The translations under genes and the position numbers were made by a program. Of a DNA stretch of 64,000 nucleotides, positions 1 to 8,973 are shown piece by piece. Origin of the DNA: Holophagales bacterium UBA5066 (lineage in GTDB: Bacteria; Acidobacteriota; Thermoanaerobaculia; UBA5066); the NCBI GenBank assembly GCA_002414905.1, contig DIAY01000014.1, forward strand, positions 741 through 64,740, read 5' to 3'. Under the pieces are notes generated by a model. It made no database searches, was not told the DNA's origin, and was given only the letters and a program-made list of their open reading frames with translations. The stretch's first letter is position 1; the number at the start of each line of letters is the position of its first letter.

Positions 1-1
1 C

Positions 2-850
2 CTCGCGCTGAAGCACAAGGTCGCCCATAAGCTCGTCTTCTCGAAGCTCCACACGCTCTTCGGGGGCCGCATCCGCTGCTTCGTTTCAGGAAGCGCCCCC
101 CTCGCGAAACCTCTCGGGGAGTTCTTCCACGCGGCGGGGATCCTCGTCCTCGAGGGGTACGGCCTCACCGAGACGAGCGCGGCCAGCTGCGTGAACACGC
201 CCGAAAAGCTCCGCTTCGGGACGGTCGGCCCGCCCCTGCCGGGAACCCGGATCCGGATCGCCGAGGACGGCGAGATTCTCATCCAGGGTCGCGGCGTCAT
301 GCGCGGCTACCACAACCTTCCCGACCAGACCGCCGAGACGCTCGACGCGGACGGCTGGCTCCACACCGGGGATATCGGCCACGTCGAAGACGGGTTCGTG
401 AAGATCACGGACCGGAAGAAGGACCTCATCAAGACCTCGGCCGGCAAGTACGTCGCGCCGCAGATGCTCGAGAGAAAGCTCGCCGTCGTCTGCCCCTACG
501 TCAGCTACTCGCTGGCCCACGGAGACAACCGGAACTTCGTCTCCATGCTCATCGCCCTCGACCCGGAGGCGATCACGAAGTGGGCCTCTGCCCACGGCCT
601 CGCCGGGAAGAGCTACGCCGAGATCGCCGGCTCGAAGGAGGTCCGGGAGCTGATCGTGCCGTTCATCGACGAGGTCAACAAAGACATCGCGAAATGGGAG
701 CAGGTCAGGAAGTGGACCATCCTGCCCGCCGACCTCACGCTCGAGTCGGGAGATCTGACACCCTCGATGAAGCTCAAGCGGAAGGTCGTCGAGCAAAAGT
801 ACCGCTCACAGCTCGACGGGTTCTACGAGGAGACGACCGTCCGGGTCTGA
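2..850 (+). CDS. Long-chain acyl-CoA synthetase (AMP-forming), C-terminal part; 5' end outside window
   Basis: The frame is open from the window edge (LALKHKVAHKLVFSKL..SGSAPL..EGYGLTETS). AMP-binding motifs are present: GYGLTE, TGDIGHVEDGFVKITDRKKDLIKTSAGKYVAPQ, PSMKLKRK. The listed ORF 191..850 is only the part after an internal Met. Confidence 0.85.
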   Translation, partial: LALKHKVAHKLVFSKLHTLFGGRIRCFVSGSAPLAKPLGEFFHAAGILVLEGYGLTETSAASCVNTPEKLRFGTVGPPLPGTRIRIAEDGEILIQGRGVMRGYHNLPDQTAETLDADGWLHTGDIGHVEDGFVKITDRKKDLIKTSAGKYVAPQMLERKLAVVCPYVSYSLAHGDNRNFVSMLIALDPEAITKWASAHGLAGKSYAEIAGSKEVRELIVPFIDEVNKDIAKWEQVRKWTILPADLTLESGDLTPSMKLKRKVVEQKYRSQLDGFYEETTVRV

Positions 851-936
851 CGACCCTTTTTCCCGTTCCGCGGACGCGACCAGATCATCCGCCTCGTGAA
901 CATCGGCGCCGACATCCGACGCGCTTCAGCTGCCTC

Positions 937-2766
937 TTACCGGGTCTGGACGGCCGTGCGCTTCAGAAGCACGATCCCGAAGCGGTCGTCGACGAAGGGC
1001 TCGGCGTCGACCCGCTCGAACGCCTCGTATTCGTTCTTCAGCCAGCCCATGATCCGGAGACCGTAGAGCGGGTCCTTCCCGAAGAAACCCCGGCCGAACT
1101 CGCTGGTGTCCTTGTGAACCAGGGCTACGAGGTCGGGCGGATGGGCATCGAGCGCCCGGACGACCGCGTCCTCGCCGAAGGCCGCGATCTCCGTCGGCAT
1201 GAGTGTCGTGTACGGCGTCGGATTCCGGCGGCGAGAGAGGTAATTCAGGAGCACGCCCTCGGGGAATACGGCCAGCGTGTCCGTCGACCCGGTTCCCCGC
1301 TCGAGGATTTCGAGCGTCCGGACGACCGCCGGTCCCCGCGGATCCAGGCGCGGATCGTAGGTGACGAGGAGATCACTCCCCTCCCCGACGGGAAAGTTCT
1401 TCTCCCGGTAGTAGGAGTGGCTGACCCGCACGTGGAACAGCACCGCGGCGATGACGAGCGACGATGCCGTCCAGCGAAAGAACACTCCCCCCCCGAAACC
1501 CAGATGGAGGAGGCGGGGCACCGCCCAGACGAGGAGGCAGACGAGGAGAAGGGTGCCGGGAAGCGCAAGGTAGAACCCGTAGTGGTGCAGACGGGCGTTC
1601 AACAGCATCTTCCCGGCGAGGACGAAAGAGAAGATCGCAATCGAAAGGAGCGGTAGCAGGCGGTCGACCGGAACCCGGCGCCCGGTGCGCGTGAAAGCGA
1701 GAACCAGGAGGGCGACGGCGGCAGTCGCTGAGACGAGCGGAAGGATTCGTGCGACCTCGCCCCAGGCGACGAGAGCCGGGAAAGCCGTTGTGGTCACGAC
1801 GACGGCGACCGCCGTCGCAGCACCGGGAACCTTCCCGGTGCCTCCCCGCCGAGTCGCGAGCCAGTCGAGCGTCGCGACGAGAACGAGGAACGCGACGGTC
1901 ACGACGCCGCTCTCGACGAGCCGTTCAAAGTTCGACGCGGGCGCTTCCATTCCCATGCCAACGACGAAAAACGGGTTCCGGCGGACCTCCGTACCGAGGA
2001 GCGTCGACCAGGCGCCCGCTGCTGCCCGGAGGGCCGTACCGGAAGGCATCGCACCCGAAAAGGCGACGGCGGCAACCAGCTGGGGCAAGGCTGCAGCCGC
2101 CCCGAATGCCGCCAGGCGGCGCCCTCTCCAGGAGGGTGCGGTGTCCGGTCTTGCAACGAGGACGACGAGCGCGAATGCGGCCGTCACGAGAGCGGCAAGA
2201 CCGATCTCCGCCCGTGTCAGCAGCGCCAGGCCGAGGCAGCTTCCCGCCAGGACAGCCGGCGCCAGGCCGGTCCCCGACACCCCGCGGGCAAGTCCGGCAA
2301 TCATCGCAAAGGCGAGAAACGTCCCGTGCGTCGCCTCGTGGGAATACGGGGTGACGAAGTTGTAGTTCCCGATCGGAACGAGCTGCGCGAACGCCGACAG
2401 GCCGAGGAATGCCGCCGTGGCAAGGGCCGCGGTCCATTCGTCGCACGCGCGCCTGACGGTGGAACGGACGAGGAGGGCGAAGCCGGCGACGAGGGCGAGG
2501 TTCACCCAGATCAGAGTCGACAGGGAGACGCCGAACAGGGAGAACCAGAGCGCGTTGACGTACTGCGAGAGGGGCCCATAGAGGAAGGCGAGATCCCGGT
2601 AGAGGACGTCTCCCTCGAGGATCCGCCAGGGCACGTAGAGCTCGTGACCGAAGTCCACCAGGACGTCGGGCCAGCGCCGCCATCCGTCGGCAGCGAGAGC
2701 GACCGCGAGGGCTCCGAGGACGATCGACCCGGCCGACGCTCGCCAGCGGGACGAAAATCGGCTCAC
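937..2766 (-). CDS. Polytopic membrane protein, GT-C-like glycosyltransferase (ArnT/PMT family-like) with soluble C-terminal domain
   Basis: 609-aa ORF with about 12 hydrophobic segments, normal composition and GC3-rich codons. The N-terminal loop YRDLAFLYGPLSQY and the overall architecture resemble GT39/GT83-type enzymes. The family call is tentative. Confidence 0.5.
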   Translation of the reverse strand: MSRFSSRWRASAGSIVLGALAVALAADGWRRWPDVLVDFGHELYVPWRILEGDVLYRDLAFLYGPLSQYVNALWFSLFGVSLSTLIWVNLALVAGFALLVRSTVRRACDEWTAALATAAFLGLSAFAQLVPIGNYNFVTPYSHEATHGTFLAFAMIAGLARGVSGTGLAPAVLAGSCLGLALLTRAEIGLAALVTAAFALVVLVARPDTAPSWRGRRLAAFGAAAALPQLVAAVAFSGAMPSGTALRAAAGAWSTLLGTEVRRNPFFVVGMGMEAPASNFERLVESGVVTVAFLVLVATLDWLATRRGGTGKVPGAATAVAVVVTTTAFPALVAWGEVARILPLVSATAAVALLVLAFTRTGRRVPVDRLLPLLSIAIFSFVLAGKMLLNARLHHYGFYLALPGTLLLVCLLVWAVPRLLHLGFGGGVFFRWTASSLVIAAVLFHVRVSHSYYREKNFPVGEGSDLLVTYDPRLDPRGPAVVRTLEILERGTGSTDTLAVFPEGVLLNYLSRRRNPTPYTTLMPTEIAAFGEDAVVRALDAHPPDLVALVHKDTSEFGRGFFGKDPLYGLRIMGWLKNEYEAFERVDAEPFVDDRFGIVLLKRTAVQTR

Positions 2767-2823
2767 GACACGGCGGGGTCGCAGAACTCCTGCTTCACGT
2801 GGCCCTTCCTGAAATCGAGGATA

Positions 2824-5751
2824 TCAGGGGCCCCCGTGCCCTCTGGTGAGCGGACGCTGATCCCGCGTCACGCCTTCCAGCAGGAACATGTACGACCGGT
2901 AGATCTCTCCCGTCGCCCGGGTCATCCCGATCTCGCACGTCCGGCTGCTCGAGAGGTGCTCGGAACACCCTTTCGCTTTCACCTCGGCCGCCTCGTGTCT
3001 CGTTGCCGAGGCGGTCAGCTCCGGGTGGAGGAAGCCGCGGTCCCCGGCGAAGGCACAGCAGCCGGCCGAGAGCGGGATCGTCACGTCGTCGCTGCAGAAC
3101 CGGGCGATCCCCTCGAGCTTCGCACCGAGGCTCATCTTCGTGACGGAGCAGACCGGGTGCAGGGCGACCGGCCCCGCCTTCCGCTTCGTCGCGAGCCCCG
3201 GCAGGAGCGTGTCGTGCGTGAACTCGACGCCATCGAGGATCGTCAGGCCGTCGAACCTCACCTGGTTCTCCGGCGTCAGCTGCGGCCGGCTCTCCTTCAT
3301 GCCGTACGTGCAGGGGCTCGTGTCGACGACGACGGGGAGCTGTCCTCCACCCGACCACTCCCAGAAGCGTTCGATCGCCCGGTTCACGGCAAGGGCATTC
3401 GCGTCGGCATAGCCCTTCGAGGAGAACGGGACACCACAGCAGATCCCCTCGACGTCCTCGGGTATCCATACGGGCGAGCCGGCCCGCCTGGCGACCTCGA
3501 CGAACGCCTCCATGAGCGACGTCTCGTCCGGCTCGCCTGGCAGCGCGCCCATCGTCCTCGAGATGCAGGCCGGGAAGTAGACGGCCACCGCCCCCTCCCG
3601 CATCGTAGCTGGCCGCTCCGCCCTCGCGGCGTGGGGCATCTCGGCGCTCCACTGCGGGAAGGGCTTTCCGAGGACGGCCCGGATGGCCCGGGTGACGCCG
3701 GCCATCGCGCCGGCGCCGAGGAGCGACTGGACGAGGTGCCCGGCCCGAAGTCCCGTCCTCATCGCCGGCTCGAGGGCAGCGAAGCGGCGGGCGAGAGCAA
3801 GGGCGATTCTCTTCGCCCGCGGAGAGTGGCCCGCCCTGCGGAGCCGCTTCGTCAGCTGGCCGGTGTCGATCGAGACGGGGCACGCCGTGGCGCAGAGGCC
3901 GTCCACGGCGCACGTATCGACGGCGTCGTACGGGAAATCCGCCTCGAGAGCGGCCAGGAGCGGTGCGTTCCCGCCCTCCTTCTCCAGGCGGGTCATCTCG
4001 CGCCTCAGGACGATCCGCTGGCGGGGCGTGAGCGTCAGCTCCCGGCTCGGGCATTTCGGCTCGCAGTAGCCGCACTCGATGCACTTGTCGACCTCTTCCT
4101 CGACGGTCGGCATCGGCTTGACGTCCTTCAGGTGACAGCTCGGGTCGGGATTCAGGATGACGCCGGGGTTCAGGATCCCTTCGGGGTCGCAGAGCTCCTT
4201 CAGCCGCTTCATCACGGCATAGGGCCCGGGCCCCCATTCCGTCTCGACGAAGGGCGCCATGTTCCGGCCCGTGCCGTGCTCGGCTTTCAGCGCGCCGTCG
4301 TACTTCTTCACGACGAGCTCGACGACATCCTCGATGAGCCGCGCGTACTGGTCGAGAGCGGCCTGGTCGTTGAACGATTGCGTGACGACGAAATGGAGGT
4401 TCCCGTCCTTGGCGTGGCCGAAGATGATCGCCTCGGGGTAGCCGTGCTTGCCGAACAGCCTCGTCAGGTCCTCGGCGGCGTCGGCAAGGTGCTCGATCGG
4501 AAAGGCGACATCCTCGATGAGGACGGTCGTCCCGCTCTTGCGTGAGGCACCGACCGACGGGAAGGTCCCCTGTCGGACCTTCCAGAGGAGGGCCTGCTCC
4601 GTCGCGTCGTGTGTGAAGCGAGCCGGCTCGAGCAGGGCGAGCGGCGCGACGGCGGTGGCCGCGGCGTCCTCCAGCCCGCTTCGCTCGGACTCCTCCGCCG
4701 CCTGGTACTCGACGAGGAGGGCCGCGGCTCCGTCGGGGACGGAACGGATCGACGCCGGCACGCCCGGTTGGTTCTCGACCGACCGGAGCGAAGCCCGGTC
4801 GAGGAGCTCGAGCGCCTTCGCGCCGGAGTCGCGGAGCGGGACGATCGCCGCGCAGGCGGCGTGCATCGACGAGAAGAGGAGGAGACCGGTGTACTTGACG
4901 GGGAGATCCGGTACGGTGGAAAGGACCGCCTCCGCGATGAACGCGAGCGTTCCCTCCGATCCGACGAGGAGATTGCAGAAGATCTCGACGGGCTTCTCGA
5001 AATCGAGGAAGGCGTTCAGCGAGTAGCCGGTCGTGTTCTTCATCCGATACTTCAGCCGGATGCGCGCCACCAGCGCCGGGTCCGACTCGAGCTTCGCCTT
5101 CAGCTCGAGAATCCCCTGCCAGAGGGCCGGCTCGGCCTCGCGGAAACGGGCGTCCGCGCCGGGAGCGGCCGTATCGATACGCGTCCCTGACGGCAGGAGG
5201 AACGTGAGCGACTCGAGCGTGTGGTAGGCGTTCCGGGTGACGCCGCAGCACATGCCGCTCGAGTTGTTCGAGAGGATGCCGCCCATCGTGCAGGTGTCGA
5301 TGGACGCCGGGTCGGGACCCATCTTGGCGCCGTACGGCCTGAGCGCCGCGTTCACGGAGGCGCCAATGACCCCGGGTTGCGCCCGGACTTTCTTTCCGCC
5401 GTCCTCGACCTTCACGGTCCGCCAGTGGCGGGCGACCTCGACGAGGAGGCCGTCCGTGACGGCCTGTCCGGACAGCGACGTCCCCGCGGCACGGAGCGTC
5501 ATCGGGATCTTCGTCTCGCGGGCGAGGCGGAAGAGCGCGGCGACCTCGTCGACCGTCTGAGTCAGGACGACGGCCTTCGGGATCAGCCTGTAGAAGCTCG
5601 CGTCGGAGGAGAAGGCGATCCGGTCGATCGGCCGGTCGAGGACACGCTCGGGAGCCACGATCCGTTCGAGGGCGGCTCGAAGGGCCGGCTCGTGGAGGAA
5701 CGTACCTTCGGGTCGGGATCCGCGAACGGGCTCGGCACGGGCGGTCGTCAT
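2824..5751 (-). CDS. FAD-linked oxidase fused to 4Fe-4S and CCG (cysteine-rich) domains, YdiJ-like 2-hydroxyacid dehydrogenase
   Basis: 975 aa. N-terminal FAD_binding_4/GlcD-like region (RAAGTSLSGQAV, GHAKDGNLHF). Two ferredoxin-type clusters (CIECGYCEPKCP, CAVDGLCATACP). C-terminal CCG repeats (CCGVPF, CCAFAGDRG). Length and domain order match E. coli YdiJ. Confidence 0.85.
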   Translation of the reverse strand: MTTARAEPVRGSRPEGTFLHEPALRAALERIVAPERVLDRPIDRIAFSSDASFYRLIPKAVVLTQTVDEVAALFRLARETKIPMTLRAAGTSLSGQAVTDGLLVEVARHWRTVKVEDGGKKVRAQPGVIGASVNAALRPYGAKMGPDPASIDTCTMGGILSNNSSGMCCGVTRNAYHTLESLTFLLPSGTRIDTAAPGADARFREAEPALWQGILELKAKLESDPALVARIRLKYRMKNTTGYSLNAFLDFEKPVEIFCNLLVGSEGTLAFIAEAVLSTVPDLPVKYTGLLLFSSMHAACAAIVPLRDSGAKALELLDRASLRSVENQPGVPASIRSVPDGAAALLVEYQAAEESERSGLEDAAATAVAPLALLEPARFTHDATEQALLWKVRQGTFPSVGASRKSGTTVLIEDVAFPIEHLADAAEDLTRLFGKHGYPEAIIFGHAKDGNLHFVVTQSFNDQAALDQYARLIEDVVELVVKKYDGALKAEHGTGRNMAPFVETEWGPGPYAVMKRLKELCDPEGILNPGVILNPDPSCHLKDVKPMPTVEEEVDKCIECGYCEPKCPSRELTLTPRQRIVLRREMTRLEKEGGNAPLLAALEADFPYDAVDTCAVDGLCATACPVSIDTGQLTKRLRRAGHSPRAKRIALALARRFAALEPAMRTGLRAGHLVQSLLGAGAMAGVTRAIRAVLGKPFPQWSAEMPHAARAERPATMREGAVAVYFPACISRTMGALPGEPDETSLMEAFVEVARRAGSPVWIPEDVEGICCGVPFSSKGYADANALAVNRAIERFWEWSGGGQLPVVVDTSPCTYGMKESRPQLTPENQVRFDGLTILDGVEFTHDTLLPGLATKRKAGPVALHPVCSVTKMSLGAKLEGIARFCSDDVTIPLSAGCCAFAGDRGFLHPELTASATRHEAAEVKAKGCSEHLSSSRTCEIGMTRATGEIYRSYMFLLEGVTRDQRPLTRGHGGP

Positions 5752-5808
5752 GAAGGACCCTCCTGAACGACAGGCACCGAAGAGGCGGCAGACACCTGAC
5801 GGAACCGC

Positions 5809-7770
5809 TCAGTCCGGCCGTCTGGCCGCTCCGGACGTACCAGCCGCGGGCCCGGCCGGCGGGCCTGGCGCCGCCGGGGCGGCCGGCGTGAGGACGGGGA
5901 CGACTTCCGGCGACGCAGGGGCCGCTCTCGCCCTGCCATCCCGGGGCGGCTCCGTGGGAGATGGTGCTGGCGGCGCCGGAGGGCCTTCCAGGGATGGTTC
6001 CCCGGGCACCCCGGCCCCGCTCTCGAGCGGTTCTCCTCCCGGGAGCTCGTCCTCTGTCAGGCCCGGTCCTCCGAGCGGCTCGACGAGAGCGTCTGGCGGC
6101 GTCCAGCGAAGGACGAGGGGTGCCGCGAGCTCCGCCGCGAGCTCTTCGTCCGTCAACGCGTCGACCGACCGGAGGCGGCGGAGACAGGCGTTCACGAGCC
6201 TCGCGAATCCGTGCGAGAGGACACCGCTCGCAAACGAGGACTGGTACTTGACCGGCCCAGGAATCAGCGAGACGAGGAACGCGCTCTCTCTCGGCGTCAG
6301 CTCGGAGGGGTTCTTCCCGAAATAGTGGCGCGAGGCGGGGCCGAGGCCGTGAAGGCCCGGTCCCCACTCGATGACGTTGAGGTAGATCTCGAGAATCCGC
6401 CGCTTGCCCAGGATCGGTTCGAGGAGGAGGGCGAGAGCCGCCTCCTGCAGCTTGCGTCGATAGCTGCGTTCCCGCGTGAGGAACAGGTTCTTGGCGAGCT
6501 GCTGGGTGATCGTCGAGGCGCCGCGGGCCCGTTGTCCGCGGACCCAGTTGATCGACATCGCCACCGGGACCTCGCCCAGGTCGAGCCCGCTGTGCCCCCA
6601 GAAGTTCGCGTCCTCGGAGATGAGGAGCGCGCGGATGAAGAGGGGCGGCACCTCTTCGAGAGGGACGAAATCGGGGCTCGCCGGGTCCACCGTGACGAGA
6701 GTCTTCCGGCCGTCGCGCCCGGTCATGAGGCGCCGGAAGGGGCCACGGAACGCCTCGAGCGCCGGGAGCGGCCTTTCGGGCGGGTGGAAGTCGAGATGTT
6801 CCTCGACGACGAACGATTTCGGATCGAGCATCCGTCCTGTCACGCGAGCCTCGAGCGCAGCGCTTCCGAGATCGCCCGCGGTCGCCGGGAGGTCGAGGCC
6901 CGAGGCTGCGAGAACAGGCGCGAGCTCGAGGCGCGGGATCGACGTCGTCAGGTCGAACCAGAGGTCCCGGGGCGCCCACGCCGCGATGACTCGAATTCGG
7001 GCACTCAGGCCGGCAGCCGCTCCCGATGCGCAATCCACGTCGAGGAAGCGCGCGTCTCGAAAGAACGTCGCCGACACCGAGCCCTCGGCGTCGAACGGCT
7101 CGCCGAGGGGAGCCGCTCGGGGCGCGTCCTCGTCGGGAGGCGCCGCGAGCCTCGCACCGGCCGACCGCAGGTTCGCCTCAAGGGCGAGCCCGCCCCCCGG
7201 GACGGGTGTCAGATCGGCGACGCCCGACACCACTCCGAGGTCTCCGACCCAGGCACCGTCCCGGCGAACCCGGACGAGGCGCGTCAGGTCGAGACTCTCG
7301 ACGCGAAGTCGAACGGCACCCGTTTCCGGACGATCGAATTCGAGGCTCCCTTCGCCGGAACGGCCCGCAAGGGCCAGGACTCCTCCCTCAAGCGAGACGT
7401 TCCAGCCGCTCGGCGATGCCAGGAGCGAGAGCCCCTCGGGCAGCTCGGCCCGAAGGCCACCGAGCTCGAGCCGGCGGAGGTGCCCGAGCGCTCCGCGCCC
7501 GCCCGGCCCCAGCCGCACTTCGAGACTTTCGAGCCGCACGCTCGTCCCGCGGCCGTTCACCCGGATACCGTTCAGGTCCACCCGGAACGGGAGTCGCACG
7601 CGGACCCGATCGACCGACAACGTTAGACCCCGTTCCGCTGCCTCTCGAACGACGCGCTCCCGGATCTTTCCCTCCAGGACGGCCTCGATCACCGCGACGC
7701 CCCCCCGGAGCGCCGCACCCGCCGCGAGGGCGGCGATGGCGAGCAGGAGGAGACGGCGCGAGCGGGACAT
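5809..7770 (-). CDS. Peptidoglycan glycosyltransferase (GT51, MtgA-like) with long N-terminal extension and Pro-rich tail
   Basis: GT51 motifs are present in order: ISEDANFWGHSG, GASTITQQLAKN, RKLQEA, KRRILEIYLNVIEWG. N-terminal signal anchor MSRSRRLLLLAIAALAAGAAL. There is no transpeptidase domain. Confidence 0.8.
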   Translation of the reverse strand: MSRSRRLLLLAIAALAAGAALRGGVAVIEAVLEGKIRERVVREAAERGLTLSVDRVRVRLPFRVDLNGIRVNGRGTSVRLESLEVRLGPGGRGALGHLRRLELGGLRAELPEGLSLLASPSGWNVSLEGGVLALAGRSGEGSLEFDRPETGAVRLRVESLDLTRLVRVRRDGAWVGDLGVVSGVADLTPVPGGGLALEANLRSAGARLAAPPDEDAPRAAPLGEPFDAEGSVSATFFRDARFLDVDCASGAAAGLSARIRVIAAWAPRDLWFDLTTSIPRLELAPVLAASGLDLPATAGDLGSAALEARVTGRMLDPKSFVVEEHLDFHPPERPLPALEAFRGPFRRLMTGRDGRKTLVTVDPASPDFVPLEEVPPLFIRALLISEDANFWGHSGLDLGEVPVAMSINWVRGQRARGASTITQQLAKNLFLTRERSYRRKLQEAALALLLEPILGKRRILEIYLNVIEWGPGLHGLGPASRHYFGKNPSELTPRESAFLVSLIPGPVKYQSSFASGVLSHGFARLVNACLRRLRSVDALTDEELAAELAAPLVLRWTPPDALVEPLGGPGLTEDELPGGEPLESGAGVPGEPSLEGPPAPPAPSPTEPPRDGRARAAPASPEVVPVLTPAAPAAPGPPAGPAAGTSGAARRPD

Positions 7771-7827
7771 GCGGATCTTCGGACTTTACCGGGACCCGGC
7801 CGTTCGCGGGACTAACATCCGCCAATA

Positions 7828-8229
7828 TTGGACGATCCCGACCTCCTGCCGTTGTCCCTCGCCGTCGACGACCTGATCCTCGGCCGGGGAGTGAAGCGCG
7901 GCCGCCACCTCCTTTCACAGGACCTGGAACCGCTCTTCCTCGAGCGTCTGCCGGCTCTCGGATTCACCGAGACGACGGTCGGTACGGTTGTGATCGACGT
8001 GGGCGTCCGCGTCCCCGCGTGGCTCCTCAGCCCCGGACGTGCGGATTTCGGGACCGTCTTCTGGGAGATCTTCACCGACCGGTTCCGGCGGCGGCTCTAC
8101 GGATCGGAGGTCCGGAACGCGAAGGGGGACTGGGATGTGCAGATCCCGCCCTCCTCGACCAGGAGGATCTGGGCCGGGCTCCACCTGAGGGAGAGCTACG
8201 ACCCGTCCCGGCCCATCGGAATGTGCTGA
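7828..8229 (+). CDS. Hypothetical protein (133 aa)
   Basis: Non-low-complexity translation with strongly GC3-biased codons, lying in an otherwise empty 540-nt gap. TTG start (7828) with no obvious SD. No family recognised. Confidence 0.4.
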   Translation: MDDPDLLPLSLAVDDLILGRGVKRGRHLLSQDLEPLFLERLPALGFTETTVGTVVIDVGVRVPAWLLSPGRADFGTVFWEIFTDRFRRRLYGSEVRNAKGDWDVQIPPSSTRRIWAGLHLRESYDPSRPIGMC

Positions 8230-8307
8230 GCCTCGTTTCCGTCTCTTCTACGCTCTTGACGCGGCGCGGCTGGCCCCCTACGGTGTTCGTGCGAGGCGTG
8301 ACGACGG

Positions 8308-8973
8308 ATGGACCAGGAAGAGAAGTCGGAACGGAGCCGGGTGCTGATTCTCGAGGCGGCGCTCGACCTCATCTCGCGACAGGGATACCGCGGGACGAGC
8401 ATCCGCGATATCTCAAAGGCGGCCGGAGTTTCGACCGGCAGCGTCTACCACCACTTCAACGACAAGGAAGAGCTCTTCGACACGCTCCTCTCGCAGTACT
8501 GGAGCGCCATCGAGAGCCCGGACTTCCCGTTCAACCGTGCCCTCGCGAACGGGGCTTTCCCTGACCGCCTCGAGGAGCTCGCCGCGGCGGCCGAGGCGAG
8601 CGTGAGGCTCTGGCAGCGGCACGTCGCGCTCATCTACGTCGACGTCGTCGAGATGCAGGGAACCCACATCCAGCGCTTCTACTCGAGCATGGCGGGCCGT
8701 TTCGACGCGTTCATCCGCCGATACCGGGTGAAGGACGACTTCGAGGCACGGCTCGCTCCCGAAGTCGAGCCCCTGTCGGCCGTCATGCTCGCGAGCCGGA
8801 TCTTCCTCCAGTACTACGCCGTCGAGCTGCTCTTCCGGGTTCCCGACCAGTTCGGCAAGCCCTCGAAGGACGCCATCCGCGACATCGCCGAGATCCTGCG
8901 GCGCGGCATGCTGCGTTCCCCTGCCGACGAGCCCGCCGCGGCCACGACGCTCAAAGATCACCGATCGCGCTGA
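8308..8973 (+). CDS. TetR/AcrR family transcriptional regulator
   Basis: N-terminal HTH RVLILEAALDLISRQGYRGTSIRDISKAAGVSTGSVYHHFNDKEELF. ATG at 8308. The 3' end overlaps the convergent gene ending at 8951 by 23 nt. Confidence 0.9.
   Translation: MDQEEKSERSRVLILEAALDLISRQGYRGTSIRDISKAAGVSTGSVYHHFNDKEELFDTLLSQYWSAIESPDFPFNRALANGAFPDRLEELAAAAEASVRLWQRHVALIYVDVVEMQGTHIQRFYSSMAGRFDAFIRRYRVKDDFEARLAPEVEPLSAVMLASRIFLQYYAVELLFRVPDQFGKPSKDAIRDIAEILRRGMLRSPADEPAAATTLKDHRSR

Noticed and set aside
2795-7033. 1412-aa minus-strand ORF, the longest ORF in this part of the track
   Set aside because: Extremely Arg/Pro/Gly/Ala-rich low-complexity translation. It lies out of frame over two well-supported same-strand genes (the YdiJ-like oxidoreductase and the GT51 transglycosylase) that carry clear catalytic motifs. 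This is a typical high-GC shadow ORF.
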